Source: Oikopleura dioica
Taxonomy: Eukaryota > Animalia > Chordata
Length of the DNA stretch: 64,000 nucleotides
Assembly (NCBI GenBank): GCA_907165135.1
Contig: OU015566.1
Location: 13,020,001 to 13,084,000 of the forward strand
Direction of reading: 5' to 3'
Below the pieces are notes generated by a model. It saw only the letters and a program-made list of their open reading frames with translations. It had not been told where the DNA came from and made no database searches. Position 1 is the first letter of the stretch; each line of letters opens with the position of its first letter. Shown piece by piece: positions 50,717 through 64,000 of the stretch. Position numbers and translations under genes: made by a program.

Positions 50717-53700
50717 GTTTCCTTCGTATAAACTTTCTGCCAAAAAGGACGAGACGATTTTTGACAGATAATTTGGTTAGCGAACTTTTTCGCTATCCTG
50801 TCCATCCTAGCTAGCCTGCCTATGAGTCTGGGGTTGACCAAAAGCAGTGAAAATTGAATTGAAATCTGTCGGTCAAGGTCGCCTCGCCTGTCAGAAGAGG
50901 AAGGAATTCCACGTCTATGCCACGTTCAACATTAATTTGCAGCAATTTGACATGATTCATCTTATAAATCTCGTTCTTATTTTCGGGACGGTAGAATTTT
51001 AAATAGACTGATTGTTTTATCAACAAGTTATTTTTAAAGTTTGGACTGAACTATCTTTTTTCGGATTTATGCTCAAGATGAGTAAGATACAAATACGTTA
51101 CTGGTTACGTTCCAATTACGGTAAGACAAAGTGCCCGCCAGAGCATGGAATGCACCTCGCGCAAGTGTCGTGACCTTAGAAGGAAGAAAAATGTTGGTCT
51201 AAGCATTTTTTATGCATGCCATGAATAAGGATATTAACATTTTCCTGACCTCAGAAGTTCATTTTAGAAAATTTTACGAAGGAAATGAGAAAAAATAGGT
51301 CGAAAAACTCGGTTTCCAGGTCATTTTCATGAAGAACTTGATTTTAAATTAAGGGTATACCACGCCCTTAATTCATGATGCCGAAATCTCGACCTGAATC
51401 TACCACCTTTTCATTTACCACTAAACTCGATCGAATTTTAGCTTTTTTTCCCTGAAAAATAATTTTTTTATTAAAGTTCGGACCCACGTTTTTTTCTTCC
51501 CCTTTCCCTTCAATACAGTACTGTTCCAGCAGGTGACCGACAGGAGCTTCTATTTGGTGTAACTCCACCCGAAAAACTGCGGTCGGCCGGAGGTTTGGTT
51601 AGTTTAAAATTTTTGAGGCTTTCGCTTCCATCGGAATTTGGATTTTGCACCCGCCTAATCCCTCTTCTTCTCGCTGTACTACTAGATTTATGTTCACAAT
51701 ATTATCAGACCGACTGTATTAAAAAGAGATTTGAGGAGACCGCGTGATGCATTGAATGACGAATGACGGTTAAAATTTGACTTTTATGATGAAAACAAAA
51801 AACGTAAGCGAATCGGATCAATCTGGCTCTAGAACTGGTCATCGCACAAGTTCTGATCCGATTGATAACGACGGGTTAAATACGATTTCGCGGACTTTTT
51901 AATGTGCTTTCTGGATTGCTTGTAATTACCAAACTTACCCAAATATTATTTTCTTTTACATGCAATCTCCAAAATTTGAGTCTTCTGAGACGTAGCAGCA
52001 TGTTTTTCTGAAAGTGTTCGATTCAAACAAGACTTGTTCTAACATTATTCTAAAACTCCATGTTTTTAACTGATAAGATCAGTATTACAGGGATGAGGAT
52101 AATTCGAGATGGTATCCACCTCAAGCGCAATTTGTCTTGCAGACAAAACGAAAATGTCTTGACATGCTAATGTGTCATTATAATAAACTCCAATTCGTCT
52201 GCGAGCTAATGGAATTTATGATAAACAGTAGCACAACTGTCATTTCCCAGTAGAAGTCACTTTAGAAACTCCTTCTCGAACTCTCCATCAATCCAATCTC
52301 TGGTATAGTCTGCTCTAGTCTCTCATCAAAGAAGCCAGAAAACAAAGCCCATTAGCTCCACTTGATGCAATAACGCAATTCTATTTCCTTCAATTTTTTC
52401 CTCGTTATTTTTTCGTTTGAGTTGAGCGTTTTCAACAAAATTTCATTGATAACTGAAATCCGCGAAATTTGTTGCTAGACATGAGATAACAGGCCAAAGC
52501 TCAGCTGCTGGAGAGTGGAGTTTATTTTGATTCAGATAGATACAGGCGAATTTTTCTTACTAAAAAATAACTTACAGAAGATTTTCGCATAAGGGATAAA
52601 GGCCGTTAAAACATGATTTTGAGGACGTTAATTCTTGAAAAATTTACAAGGAGATACCCTTAATAATCAGGCGAAAATGGAGCTCAATTAATGTCCCTTC
52701 TTTTGACCTGAAAAATAAGGATGTCAGTGCACAAAGCCAATGAACAAGACAGTTTGAAGATTAAATTTCCCAATTTCCCTGCATCAAAAAATCCGAGTCA
52801 AAAATTACAGTTCTTGAAGGCTCAAAACTGTCCCTTTTGAACCACCTGGTCACTTGGCGCCACTCAACTTTAACCACAAGATCCACTTTTGCCCACTCGG
52901 AAAGTTACTTTCTAATAAAAAATTTTAAAACTTTCCTTCAATCCAACTCAATTCAGAATCTGAAATGTTTCATCCGAAATCCCTTGAACGGTTATTTTCT
53001 CGTAAATATCGCGCGTCGAATCAAATATAAATTGAATCATAAACTACCAGCGCCGAAAAAGCGGTTAAATCGTTCAATTAATCAAAGGTCTAAATAAAAA
53101 TTGCCGAGCTAGGGGATTTTGATAAGAACGGGTATTTTGATAAGAAGTTGGAATTTCCAGTAGAACCCTGCTGGAAAAGCAACACCCGTTTCAAATCTGA
53201 TTAGGTCTTCAAACAAGCTTAGCAGAAGTTGAAAAAAGGAGAGTTGAATTGAGCTTACAATTTCAATGCCTCAAATTTCAATGATTTTTTTTTACTGGGT
53301 TAGTTCTTTTAATTGGCTTCAATGATGAAATTTAGCCACATTTCTGCGTGTTTATACTAGAAACATTTGAGCATGAAAAACGTGCATGACAACATTCTTT
53401 TCCGATGTAATTTTTTTATATTACAAATTATGCTCATTATAAACCACCCTCGTAATTAGAAATTCAAAAGCATATTTGTGCTTTCCTTTGTTTATTAAAG
53501 CCATCGGAAGTCCCCTTAATTCTACGATTTGGTCTTCTTTTGAAGCCAAAAGTCCTTTGAGGAATAAAAAGGAGAACTTCAAGGGCGTGCTGGTGCTTAT
53601 CGAACATGTCGGAATTTTGAACGTTGCGCTTTAGAAATGATTTCGGGATGCGGGGGTAACGTTTTTTTGAATAATCAGGTTTTAGTTTAAATACCCGACG

Positions 53701-54592
53701 ATCTTTCTTTTGAAGATCCTCCTTATGTCAGCATTTTTTCTTCCTTGATTTCAATTTTTTTAACAAGAAAAATTTTTGATTAAAAACTATTGATTCCAAA
53801 AAATCGATAAAATATTAAAAAAAAATATTTTATTTAGTGATATTTTGTCCAGTAACATGGCTAATTTTGATGATTAAAGGTATCCTTTCGCAATATTTTT
53901 CCATCTTCTTTCAATTTTACAGCAGTAACCCGTTCAATTCTTTGCTCCTCCTCGACGATTCGAGCATTTTTCGCGATGGTTCATTCCTCGCGCGGCGTTC
54001 TAGCGCCCTCGTCCTCTGAGCAGGCCATACTGCTGCGCGACGTTCCAAAGTCCTACTGCGGCCCGTCATTCTGGTGGTGCTAGGGGCATCTGTGCCAATC
54101 AGGGCGCAGTACGCGCGCGCTCGCTGGAGTACGCGTCTACCATTGGCCTCCGTGCGCGCACCACCGACGGGCTTTCCTTATCACTTAACGATACCCCGCT
54201 GTGTTAACCAGTGAGACACAGAACAGTCCCTACGGCGCACAGTTCCCGTGCCATAAAAATTATTTTTCATTATTTTTTTTTTCACAAAATGCCTTTTTTC
54301 AAAACCCTAGAGCGCTGAAAACAAGAAAAATGAACATGGCGATAAGAGATTGATAAGAACCAGTGATCCGAAATAATCTGCAGCACCGATTTCTATTTTG
54401 CAACGTTGACCAAAGTGTTTATCCGAGCCCCGAGTTTGTTTGAAATCGGACAATATCGGGGGCTTTGGGCTGAATGGCGGAAGCCAAATCCGACTAAAGG
54501 ATTTAACAGAATCTTCTTTCAGAAATCGCAATTTTGACGAAACCAATCGGATCGGAATTCAAAACTACAACTCGCCTAGACGACAGAATACC

Positions 54593-57500
54593 ATGAGTAG
54601 TGGGAACTACCGTGGGACTGTCCGGCCTACCAACCGGGCAGTATCACAAGAGGGCCAAGGTCCGCCAGAGGTAAATTTTCATCATAATTAAAATCAATTG
54701 ACCTTTACGCAAATTGTAACAACAAGATTTTTTATCAATCACTCATTAAGTTTTTCATTATTAAAAATAATATTTGCGCAATTAAAGTAGAGTTTATGAT
54801 TTTTAAAATCAATTATATTCAAACATTTAATTCTTAGAAAGAGAATCATTTAATATTGATGATTTACGCTATTAATTTTATTCGTTAAAATTATGAAAAT
54901 ACACTTTACTTAACATATTTATTAATCAAATCATGATTCCAGTCTCAGTTTACTTATTTTATCAATTCCTCCGTACAGTTGTATTCAAATTGCTTGAAAC
55001 ATAGTATTTGAAATACTGTATTTCTTTTATCTGTCTAAAAATATTTGACTTAGCGCTTTTGAAATTTAATTTGATCAACTAAGCAAGTGTTTTAATATTG
55101 AAAACGTGAGGGTCAAAACCTCCTGACGTAAATCCCCAATGCTTTTTTCAAGAGCTCCGCAGCTTTTCGCGTTGTCAAAAACAAGGCGGCATATTTACAG
55201 TCTAAATTTTACCCAAACGCAAGTCGGCAACGCTAAACAAAGGCTTCACGTATTCAGCTTTTTGCTAGCTGGAATAATAATAATCTCAGCTTCGGAACCG
55301 GGTTTTTATAATTTATAAGGGGTATTCTTGGTAAATATTTTTACTAATGAATTTCTAGGGCGACCGAGTAAATGGATCTTTACACAATATTCGGGATGAA
55401 ATCGCCTCCCTTCGGAGCCAGATCTCACGAGGAATCGAAACCCTGGGGTCAACGCGACCTGGCCAGCCCGATTCTAGCGCACGTGACATGGAAGAACTCG
55501 CCGATTACTTTTCACAGCGACTCGCCAAGTGCCAGAAACAGGTCTACAATGTTGTCAATCATGTCCACAGTCAAGTTGATGAAGGAGGACATCATCAGGT
55601 ACGTCCATACGAAAAATGAAAAAGCGTTGATTCACTTTTGAACCGTGAACCGTAATTTTGCCCCGCAGTGGTTATTTTCATAATGCGCGGTAGTGGCCAA
55701 ACCACCAGGTTCCACCCCCGCACTTTCGTTTCTAATTGCTAAGCTCAGCTGTTACTGAAACAATGTGCAATTGCATTTACGAATTTTCCGAATCGTTAGT
55801 GAATAATCCAGAGCCCCGGAGCCGCACTTTTCCGCGAAGTTAAACAATATTGATAAACAATAGAAATCTCGTGTTTAGAACAAGGTTCCAAATTCTCCTC
55901 CTCGGAGATTTTCGCCCCGCAGTCGCAAATATTTCCATTTTTTCTTGAAACATAGAGCGTCAGGGTTCGGTAATTTGAGCTCACGCTAAAACTCAAGGAA
56001 ACAAAGCTTGAGACTCACGTTTTCTAATTTGAGTTTTGAGAACTCAGAGATGAGAGCTCGCGTGGAAATGAAATGAGCTAGAGATTTTCTGAAAGAAGCA
56101 TTATCGAAAATATCCTCGAAAAAGATTCATGAGCCGCTGGCAGCAAATTCACGATGAGTCTGTTCAAAACTCACTGGCTGGGTCAAACCTCGGTGGGCCC
56201 AGTACAGCTCCGAGGACTGCGCCTACTTCTACGAGTAGACACGTGAATCGGGACTCGAGTATGAACAGGACGGAACTAACAAGGTTGTGGTTATCAAATT
56301 GGTCGTCATCGAGTTTTCGAGTTTTTTCTTTTGACTTTGAGTAATTTTGAAAATATTATTTTGTTGAACTTTTCTGCGGCCGGAACGCTAAAAAAATCAC
56401 CGACTTCCTTGGTAACCGCATCAAAGAACCAATACCGATGTTGATTACCTCAGACGTCCCTCGATGCGCACAACGAGTGGCCTTTCAGTTACCCGGGCTC
56501 AATTTAAACCAATTTTGACCTTTTTATTTTCCGCTGAATCGGTCGTTTATTTCGCTCACGTAATGATCAATGCGTAGCCCGGGCGCTAGAAACGAGCTCA
56601 ATCACTCAGTCACGCGGTTTGACCAGGACCGGAACAGGGCGGACGGGAACAACCCGTGGTCATACTACTATGACAGGGACAGAAACAGGGACTACCCCTT
56701 CACAAACGCCCGGAATAAGTAGAAATCAATCCATGAAAACAACCACTACGGAGCAAACACGGACGCATCGAGGTGGAGGAGGCACTGTCTCTAGAAACAC
56801 CTCGATGAGTACCACGCGGACGGTATTCTAAAAAAATCAACGACAAATAGATAGAATCTAGAATGTTTCATTATTCAGTTATTCAACTTATAACTTAAGG
56901 ATCCTTACAATCCCAACGCTCGATATGGAAAGGGCGGAAAGAACTGGGATGAAAACGGTGACTTCGACTCGTCCGACAGTGGAATTGGCCAGCCAAAGCC
57001 AGGTGCTCGCGGTACCATTCGACCAGCAGGTCGAGCTGCTCACCGAGGCGGTCCACCATCATCAATCGGCGGTGGCAACTCAATGAACCCCTATGGCGTC
57101 AATCAGGTCAAAGCCGATCCCTACGGCGGTGCCCGACAGCGAATCCCATCCCACCAAGGCTCGATGCGCAAGGATCCCAACTACGGAATGCAGTCCCATG
57201 CGCCTCAACACAACTTCGTTCCCGGCCAGCCAATCGTCGGTGCCGATGGAGTTCCACGATGCAGTCAAGCCGATGATGTTGAAGACTTCTCTCACTTCGA
57301 AAACTACTTTGACGACGACATGCCTGCCCCAGAGGCTTCCATTCCCGTCCCCCGAGTCCACAAGAAGCACCAGAATTACATTTACCAAGCTCTGTATGCT
57401 ATGTATGTGATTGCTCTCCTCGCCTATATCTACGTCCGAATCGCCTTTACCCTCGATGCCCCTGGTTTGAATCGAATCTACTGTACTGTCGTCGCTTGTT

Positions 57501-60500
57501 TGGAAATTATCACGTGTCCTTCCCTCCTGATTCAAGGTCTGACCTTATGGAGGTGGATATCCCGGCCTGAACCGAGTCTCACAGCTTTCGAAAGACCAAA
57601 GTTCCATACTATCCGTATTATGGTCCCCACGTACAAAGAACCGCTGGAAGTCGTTGCTGGTACTGTCCACGAAGTCGTACATATGGATGTCTGCCCCGGT
57701 TTGAACATTCACGTTTACGTCCTTGATGATGGTCGACGACAGCATTTGGAAGAATATATCCTCGCCCGACGAACGAAAAAATACGTCTACTTGCACTATG
57801 TTGCCCGACCAAAGCTTCCTGGAATCCCCAACCACGCCAAAGCCGGAAACATCAACCACACGCTCCACTACATCTACGACAATGGACGAACTGAAGGTGA
57901 AGCCGTCGTTATCTTCGATGCTGATTTCATGCCTCGGCGAAACTATCTTTGGCGAGTTTTGCCCGTCTTCTCGGAAAAGCGAGCTCGGCCAATTGGTCTT
58001 GTCCAGACACCGCAGTTCTTCTACAATGTCAACTCTGACGAAGATGTGTGGGATCACTTGAACGTTTCTTTCTTCCATCGTATCGAACCTTCTCTCGATC
58101 AGTGGTCCGCTGTCAACTGCTGTGGAACCAACTTCACTGTCCGAGCTGATGCGCTCAAGGATGTCGGTTACTTCCCCGTCGGTTGTCTTACTGAAGATAC
58201 TCTCCTCTCCCTCCGTCTGTGTACTATGGGTTGGGCCGTATCCTACCACCACGAAGTCTTGGCTATTGGACAGTCTCCTCACGAAATTATCGAAGTCTTC
58301 AAACAGCGTTCTCGATGGTGCAAGGGTAACTTGCAGATTTTCTTGGACGAGTTCCCTCTTATGCAGTCTGGTCTCACCATGTCTCAGCGAATCTTCTACT
58401 CTTCTTGTGGATACAACTACTTCTGCGCCTCCATCTCGATTCCCTTTTTCCAGCTTGTCCCCTCTTGGGCCATCTTCTTCGGTCTCTGGCCTGTGTCCAG
58501 TATTTCCCTTCAATTCGCCGTTGCTTTCTTCATCTACTACTGCCTTGGAAACATGCTCCTGCTTTTCCCTCCACCAGGATTCGCTGTCAAGGTAAGACCA
58601 AGATTTTTTGAAATTAAAGGAGTCAAATCTGGCCTCACGTAGACCTTGAGATACGTGTAAACGCGTACAACCGTGAATATCCTTAACAAATCCCTTTTAG
58701 GACATGTGGAACGGAGAGTTGGCGTCTACCAATCTTTGGTACACCTATTTCAACGGTGTCCGACGTATTGTCTCGACTAAGATCACTCAAGGAAAGGGAG
58801 AACTTACCTTCAAGACCACTAAAAAGGTACTTTTTATCAACGCTTATGCTCTTTTTCAACAATCAATTATAGAAAGCCGAAGGTGAAGAAGATGATTCCT
58901 CGCAGATTGGTTTCCAGAAAGAAGATCTCCGAGTTTGCTACATGCACTTTGTCATGTTTTTCCTTATGTTGATCACGATTGTTTACGCCATTGTCCAAGC
59001 CGTTACAGCCGTCGAAGTCAAGTTCTACTTCTACTATATGTATATGATTGGTAAGTCAGAGACTGATAAAGAGCTTATGACAGTAGCTACCGATTTTCAC
59101 ATATTAATAAATAATGATTAATAACATGATTAATAATAATCAATCATAGGTATGTCCTGGTCTCTCATTAACATGGTCCCGTACCTGATTGTCGTAATCT
59201 ACTGCTACTTCCGAGTCCGTATCCCTGGTCTTATCTGCGCCTGTCTCCGAAACATCCAGCTTCTCTTGAGAGCGGTTTGTGGAGTTTTGATCCTGGTCCA
59301 GGCTTACACCACGCGAAACTTGACCGAGCGATTCATCTGTCCTCACGATTACATTGCTGAAATCGGTCGATCACCACTCACCATGGTAAGCTCTAATTCA
59401 CGCGGTCAGACAATTTATTCAAATATTTAGGTCCGAACTATGGACGAAGTACAGAATCTTGATGTTGAGCGAAATGCTTTCTGGCTCCTCGGTGTCGACG
59501 ATGATTTCTACACTATTCAGCAAATTAAGGTAACCCAAAATCCACTTCAAACAGACCATAAATCTTGCTTCAGCAATCTGCTTGCGAAGAGGACTCAGTT
59601 CCGATTGTCGTCTTTTTCATGCATCCCCGAGACGGTCTCCAACTCGACGAAGAAGCAGCGCATTATATGCCTGAGAACAGACTTGAGAACTGGGAACAAT
59701 ACGATGAGAAACTTGCGGTAAAGCTCGATTCGAAAGAGCAGATATCATTATTCTATCTTTTCGTTGATTTTATTCATTTCAACATGTTAGGAATACTCTG
59801 AAAATCTCCAGGAAGTCCCGATCGTTTTGATTCTCGAACCTGCTCTTCTTATGCACACCTTCAATGAGCGAACTGAATACCATAACACCGAGTTCCAGGT
59901 AAATATATTTATTACTTTTCTCTTAACATAAACTTTGAAACCAAACTCTAACATTTGTTGTTCAACCCTTTAATGAAGTAACTACGAACGATTAATTCCA
60001 AATCACCCAACTTATTCTTAATTCAGGTCGCCTTTGCCACCCGAGTCCAAAAAGTCATCGAATCTTTCCCTCGCGCTTGGGTCTACGTTGACGCTGGTAA
60101 CGCCCTCTACCTCCAGTGGGCTACCAACATGAACCACATCGTCGATGTCTTGAAACAAATGCCTCTCGGTCTCCGAGGTTTCTCCATCAACGTCGGTTCC
60201 TTCGTCAACTCCACTTACAACCTCCAGCTCGCTACTGAAATTCATTGCCAGACCGGTCTCAATTTCATCCTCGATACTTCTCGAAACGGTGGAATGTTCT
60301 CTGAGCGAACTCTCGATGAAATTAACGAGTGTACTTACGATCCTCCATTTGTGTCCAAGGGTAGCGAGCCCGGCTGGGCTGGTGGATCCAAGAACGCTGT
60401 CAACCAGAAATCCACTGGTGCGATGGACTTCGGCTCAATCACCAACGACTTCGGCGCTGATGCTTATTCTTCGTACAGTGATTACGGAAGCGATTACGCT

Positions 60501-60863
60501 TACAGAAGAAGACGAGAAACAGGAACTCGACAGAAGCGATGGAGCATGGGCGACTACGGCGGAGGAGCTTACGATGCTTACGGCGGTGACTACGCTGGTG
60601 GAAGTGATTATGGCGACTACTACGCTGACTACGGAGCATACGATACTGGAGTCATTCAATGTCTCACTGGAGATCCGTCCGGTGGTCACGACGCGAACGC
60701 CTGGGTCAAAACGCCCGGTGAAGCTGATGGTCGACTCTACTCCTCTGGTACCTTCCACGAGTGTCTCCTCCAACACAGTATCGAGTGCAGCGATCAGTGC
60801 CCTCAGTACGTGCCCAAAATCAACGGTGAATTCGAGCGACCCTCTGGATGCACCTGCGATTAA
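54593..60863 (+). CDS. CesA: Tunicate-type cellulose synthase (GT2 plus C-terminal GH6-like domain), ~1245 aa
   Basis: Exons 54593-54670, 55359-55598, 56900-58591, 58701-58826, 58873-59050, 59150-59385, 59431-59529, 59574-59717, 59791-59898, 60027-60863, all GT-AG and in phase. Motifs DDG, HAKAGN, DADF, TED, QRSRW; TM helices; GH6-like YVDAG, FILDTSRNG, WVKTPGEADG. The start could extend to ATG 54440. Confidence 0.95.
55961..56064 (+). mobile_element. Truncated family C hAT MITE (left ~105 bp) in CesA intron 2
   Basis: Near-identical to 29158-29262; right TIR not seen. Confidence 0.9.
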
Positions 60864-62056
60864 GGTCGAAGCCAATACTATTTATATATATACTGTAGAT
60901 AAAAATTTCACTTCACAATGCAAATTTTCAAAAACCTTTTTAAACAAAAGTAAAACACAAATAATTTATCATCACACAAATCAACAAAAATTGCAAACCA
61001 ACAACTACACAAAAACAACATCTGCCCAACCTGTACATAAAGCTCCCAGTTTCCATCGTGATAAGGGCCAAAAATCGAATAAATGCAAATTTCAAAATTC
61101 AATCAACTCGCGTGTTCTCTTCCATGATTTCAATTAGCAGCTTATATCGTCGCATTTTTACCTGCATGTGATTGATTAGCAGCAAAATAAATCAGCTCGT
61201 GTCTTTCAGTAAAGTAAAGTCCAAACACCGAGACCTTTAGGAAAACGAGCCTGGTTCTTCTGAGAGATCGCTTTTCAGAAGAATCCTTAGAGAGAGTCAA
61301 ATGAAGACGGACGATCCTTATTGCGTCGGAGGTAGTAAAAAGAGCTTTGATTTAGTATAAACAATAGACTTCTAGTGTTGAGCGTTCCAGTAATGATGTA
61401 CGTGTGCTACATTTTTAAAGGATTGGTGGGTGCATCGTATAATTTCACACCATTCAATTTAGCGGAAAATCACATCCGACTCACCCTAAAATAGTGTGGA
61501 AGGTATGGTAAACCGCAATTACGGTCTTTTCGCAAAATTTAGAATCAACGCATTCACAAGCAGCGAAATAAGCGCATTCGCTATTATTTACTGGGTCAGA
61601 AACAGTAAACTGATATTTTGCCAGCTAGACAGCATTTCTGACCCACTGTAAAAACGGAGCAAAAGCGTACCCTAACTGCGCGGCTTGTTGAGCTAAGTAG
61701 AGCCATTTCTTCATGACTCCCTTAAAAATACTTCAGAAAAAGAACTTGAATCCCAAGAAATAATCAAAGAAGATTTCCTTGCTCCACCAATACCACGCTT
61801 CAAAAGGCCTTTTACTGTAACAATATAACATTTTTTTTTCTTGAACAAAGAGAGATTGATTGATTTATTTAGTTTCATTTTTTGCAGTATCTATTAAAAT
61901 ATAGAGAGCAGTAAAAATATCAAAAATGACATCCTCTTATAAATTTAAGATTTCATTTTCTCGACCAGCGAGAAACGGAATTTCCAATATTTGAGAGGTT
62001 CTCGGTTTTGATATTTTCTTCCTTGATTTCTTCAATCAAGGAGAAGAGAAGTTTCA

Positions 62057-62759
62057 TTATTGTGAACTTTTTGATCGAGTATGGGAGCGTGCTTTGGCAC
62101 TCATACTTGGACACGAAGCAGAACAATTCGGCAGGGAAATCGTCCTCGACGAGAGGGCGGCTGGTGTGGCCCGTAAACCGGGCTTGATAGAAGTCAAACA
62201 GTCGGAAATGAAATCGTCTCCGGTCCAGTCAGGCAGCGTGACTTGGTCCGTGATAAAGCCTCCGACGCTAGAAGCAGATGAGCGGGCGGTGATGACGGGA
62301 GATTGAGCAGCTCGACGAGAGCGCTTGCGAGAATCTCGGGAGTTGGAGGAGGTGGTTGAGCCAGTGGAGATTCGGTGAACGGGGTCGCTTTCAGAGGAAA
62401 AACCAGTTGATTGAGAGCGGCTCAGAACTAAAAAATACTGTAAAGGAGAGCGCCATGAAGGCTGAAATTGAAACCTGAGAGCATAGAGGAGCTAAATACA
62501 TCTTTTATCGACAATCGCTTGGAACCTCTTCTAGAGCTGCGTGGGCGACAAGCAGGTGCAAGTTCTGAGGCCAGAGATTGACTATCTTCAGCGACTAAAA
62601 TTATGAGAAGGATCAAAAAAGTCAATAATCTATTTTTTTACATTTCGAGTAGCCAGTAAGATGAATATTTCTCTGATGGGGGAGTTCATGGATCATCGCC
62701 ATTTTCGAGTCTTGAATTGGATACGATTTTCGCCTCGCCTTTATCCAGTGCCCCTTCAT
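62057..62759 (-). CDS. Putative single-pass membrane protein with S/R-rich tail
   Basis: Three exons with compatible phases: MKGHWIKARRK...YSSYWLLE|ILLTFLILLIILVAEDS...MLS|VLSRSQSTG...RSKSSQ*. Confidence 0.45.
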
Positions 62760-64000
62760 TTTTCTCAACCCCTCTTTTCTCAGAAAAAAAAGTTCAATGT
62801 CTAACGATTATTTCACCTCGAACGCTTGCGCTACTAAAAAATTTAAATTTTTCTTTTTGTTGATTCATTCGGCTCAGCCGAAATCCTCTTTGGTGTTGAA
62901 TAAACCATTTTCGTTTTGTCTGGACGTGAGAGCGTGAGCTCAGAGCGTGGTTTAATTTTTACGAGTTATCAGAGCGCGATTAATTATTGCCAAAAAAAAG
63001 ACGTTTTGGAATATTCTGATTTTCAATAGAAAATCATGGCTAAGTGTTTTGGGTGCCGAAGGGACTCTATAATTGGGGAAATACCGACTTCGGCGAAGAA
63101 AGTCACGCTGATTTAGTCAAAACGAAGGTCTTGCTTCTCAAAATAATTTAGAAATTTTAGCTCTAGGGGACTCCTTAGTTGGGTTTATAGTATCCTTCCT
63201 GTAGTAGCTTCGTTTTTCTTCTTGCGTGCGAAACGTATCGATGCTCTCTTCCCCGTATCAGCTCCGGTCTCTCTTGAAAAAGGGATCTTGAGCTACTAGC
63301 TAAGCCTCAAAACTGCTGAATAAATCACACTGGAGTGTCTTGGAGTTTTTTCTTTTCGCTAAAACTCATGAAAAATTTAGCGGGCTTAGTTCGAAGTCTC
63401 TCCGGGAGCGCTCACTGCCTCTCGAGCTTTCAGGTGCTCCTTTGTTCTTTTCAATTTGAGTCTCAAACAACCATAAATTACCGAAAAAACTATGACGTAA
63501 TCACTCAACGGGAAACGGAATTTTTACGCGGTGGGAAGATTTATGTGACAGCAAAATAACAAAATTGTCTTTGAACACATTCAACAGAAGGGGGTTTACC
63601 AAGACTATCTTAGACGGTATGTCCGACAAGATCCCTGTTTTGAACAAACCAAGAATCGTTCTTTCCTCCAAAGCAATTTTTCCAGTTGATAAAACAAAAA
63701 TGCAGTCCTTGTGATTCAAGAAACAGCCAGCAGTTCAAGCAAAGTATTTCTCTCTTGTTTTTTTTTCAGATATTCTGAAGCTCGATTGTCGGGAGTTGAG
63801 ATCAACAAGGAGAACGAAAAAAAAGTAAAAGTAAAAATTAAAAGCGAAAGTAAAAGATAGCTCCACCGGTATCGGCGGGTTGCTTTGAGCGGAAATGATT
63901 TGGCGAGTGATGATAAAAAGTCGGATTACCCGCAAAACGGACCGGTAATGCGCGTGGTGGCGCCCCCGCTATAAACCGCAAATTTCAATTTCAAGCTGCT

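Noticed and set aside
57545-58513. 322-aa minus-strand ORF; similar shadow ORFs at 60435-60875, 60289-61137, 33846-34184 and 27532-27972
   Set aside because: Antisense or alternate-frame shadows of real genes (CesA, collagen, sulfatase), explained by codon bias
54593-60863. CesA or sulfatase as bacterial contamination
   Set aside because: Both have spliceosomal introns and are contiguous with animal genes (Hmx, KLF, collagen)
63501-63935. Minus-strand ORFs at the window end
   Set aside because: No motif or consistent splicing; may belong to a gene beyond the window

Overview
Eukaryotic, AT-rich, very compact genome with many introns of about 40-100 nt. It also has several GA-AG introns and an intron-containing GT2+GH6 cellulose synthase. 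I infer a larvacean tunicate, most likely Oikopleura. Gene models were built by hand-splicing. In order they are: an RBPMS/couch-potato RRM gene (+), a coiled-coil orphan (+), KLF1/2/4-like (+), a 4-TM claudin/PMP22-like gene (-), Hmx/NK5 (-), a Lys/Pro-rich orphan (-), a bacterial-looking sulfatase (-), a secreted PLA2-like/mucin/EGF gene (+), a small secreted peptide (-), a collagen-gC1q gene (-), IGHMBP2 helicase (+), CesA (+), and a few weaker models. I saw no transposase, rRNA, tRNA or CRISPR. The window is dense in non-autonomous inverted-repeat elements (about 8 families). Best leads: (1) a hAT-type MITE inserted in an exon whose TIR encodes both splice sites, so it can splice out in either orientation and leave an in-frame 42-nt footprint; (2) a second MITE in the same gene whose TSD duplicates a splice acceptor; (3) a 1.8-kb foldback-like element flanked by a perfect 89-bp direct repeat; (4) four GA-AG introns supported by reading frame or protein homology; (5) an NPF/NPY-like motif in a small secreted orphan; (6) candidate extra CesA exons and a furin-like insert in its GH6 domain. 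Repeat boundaries were placed by eye, and nothing was checked against databases.
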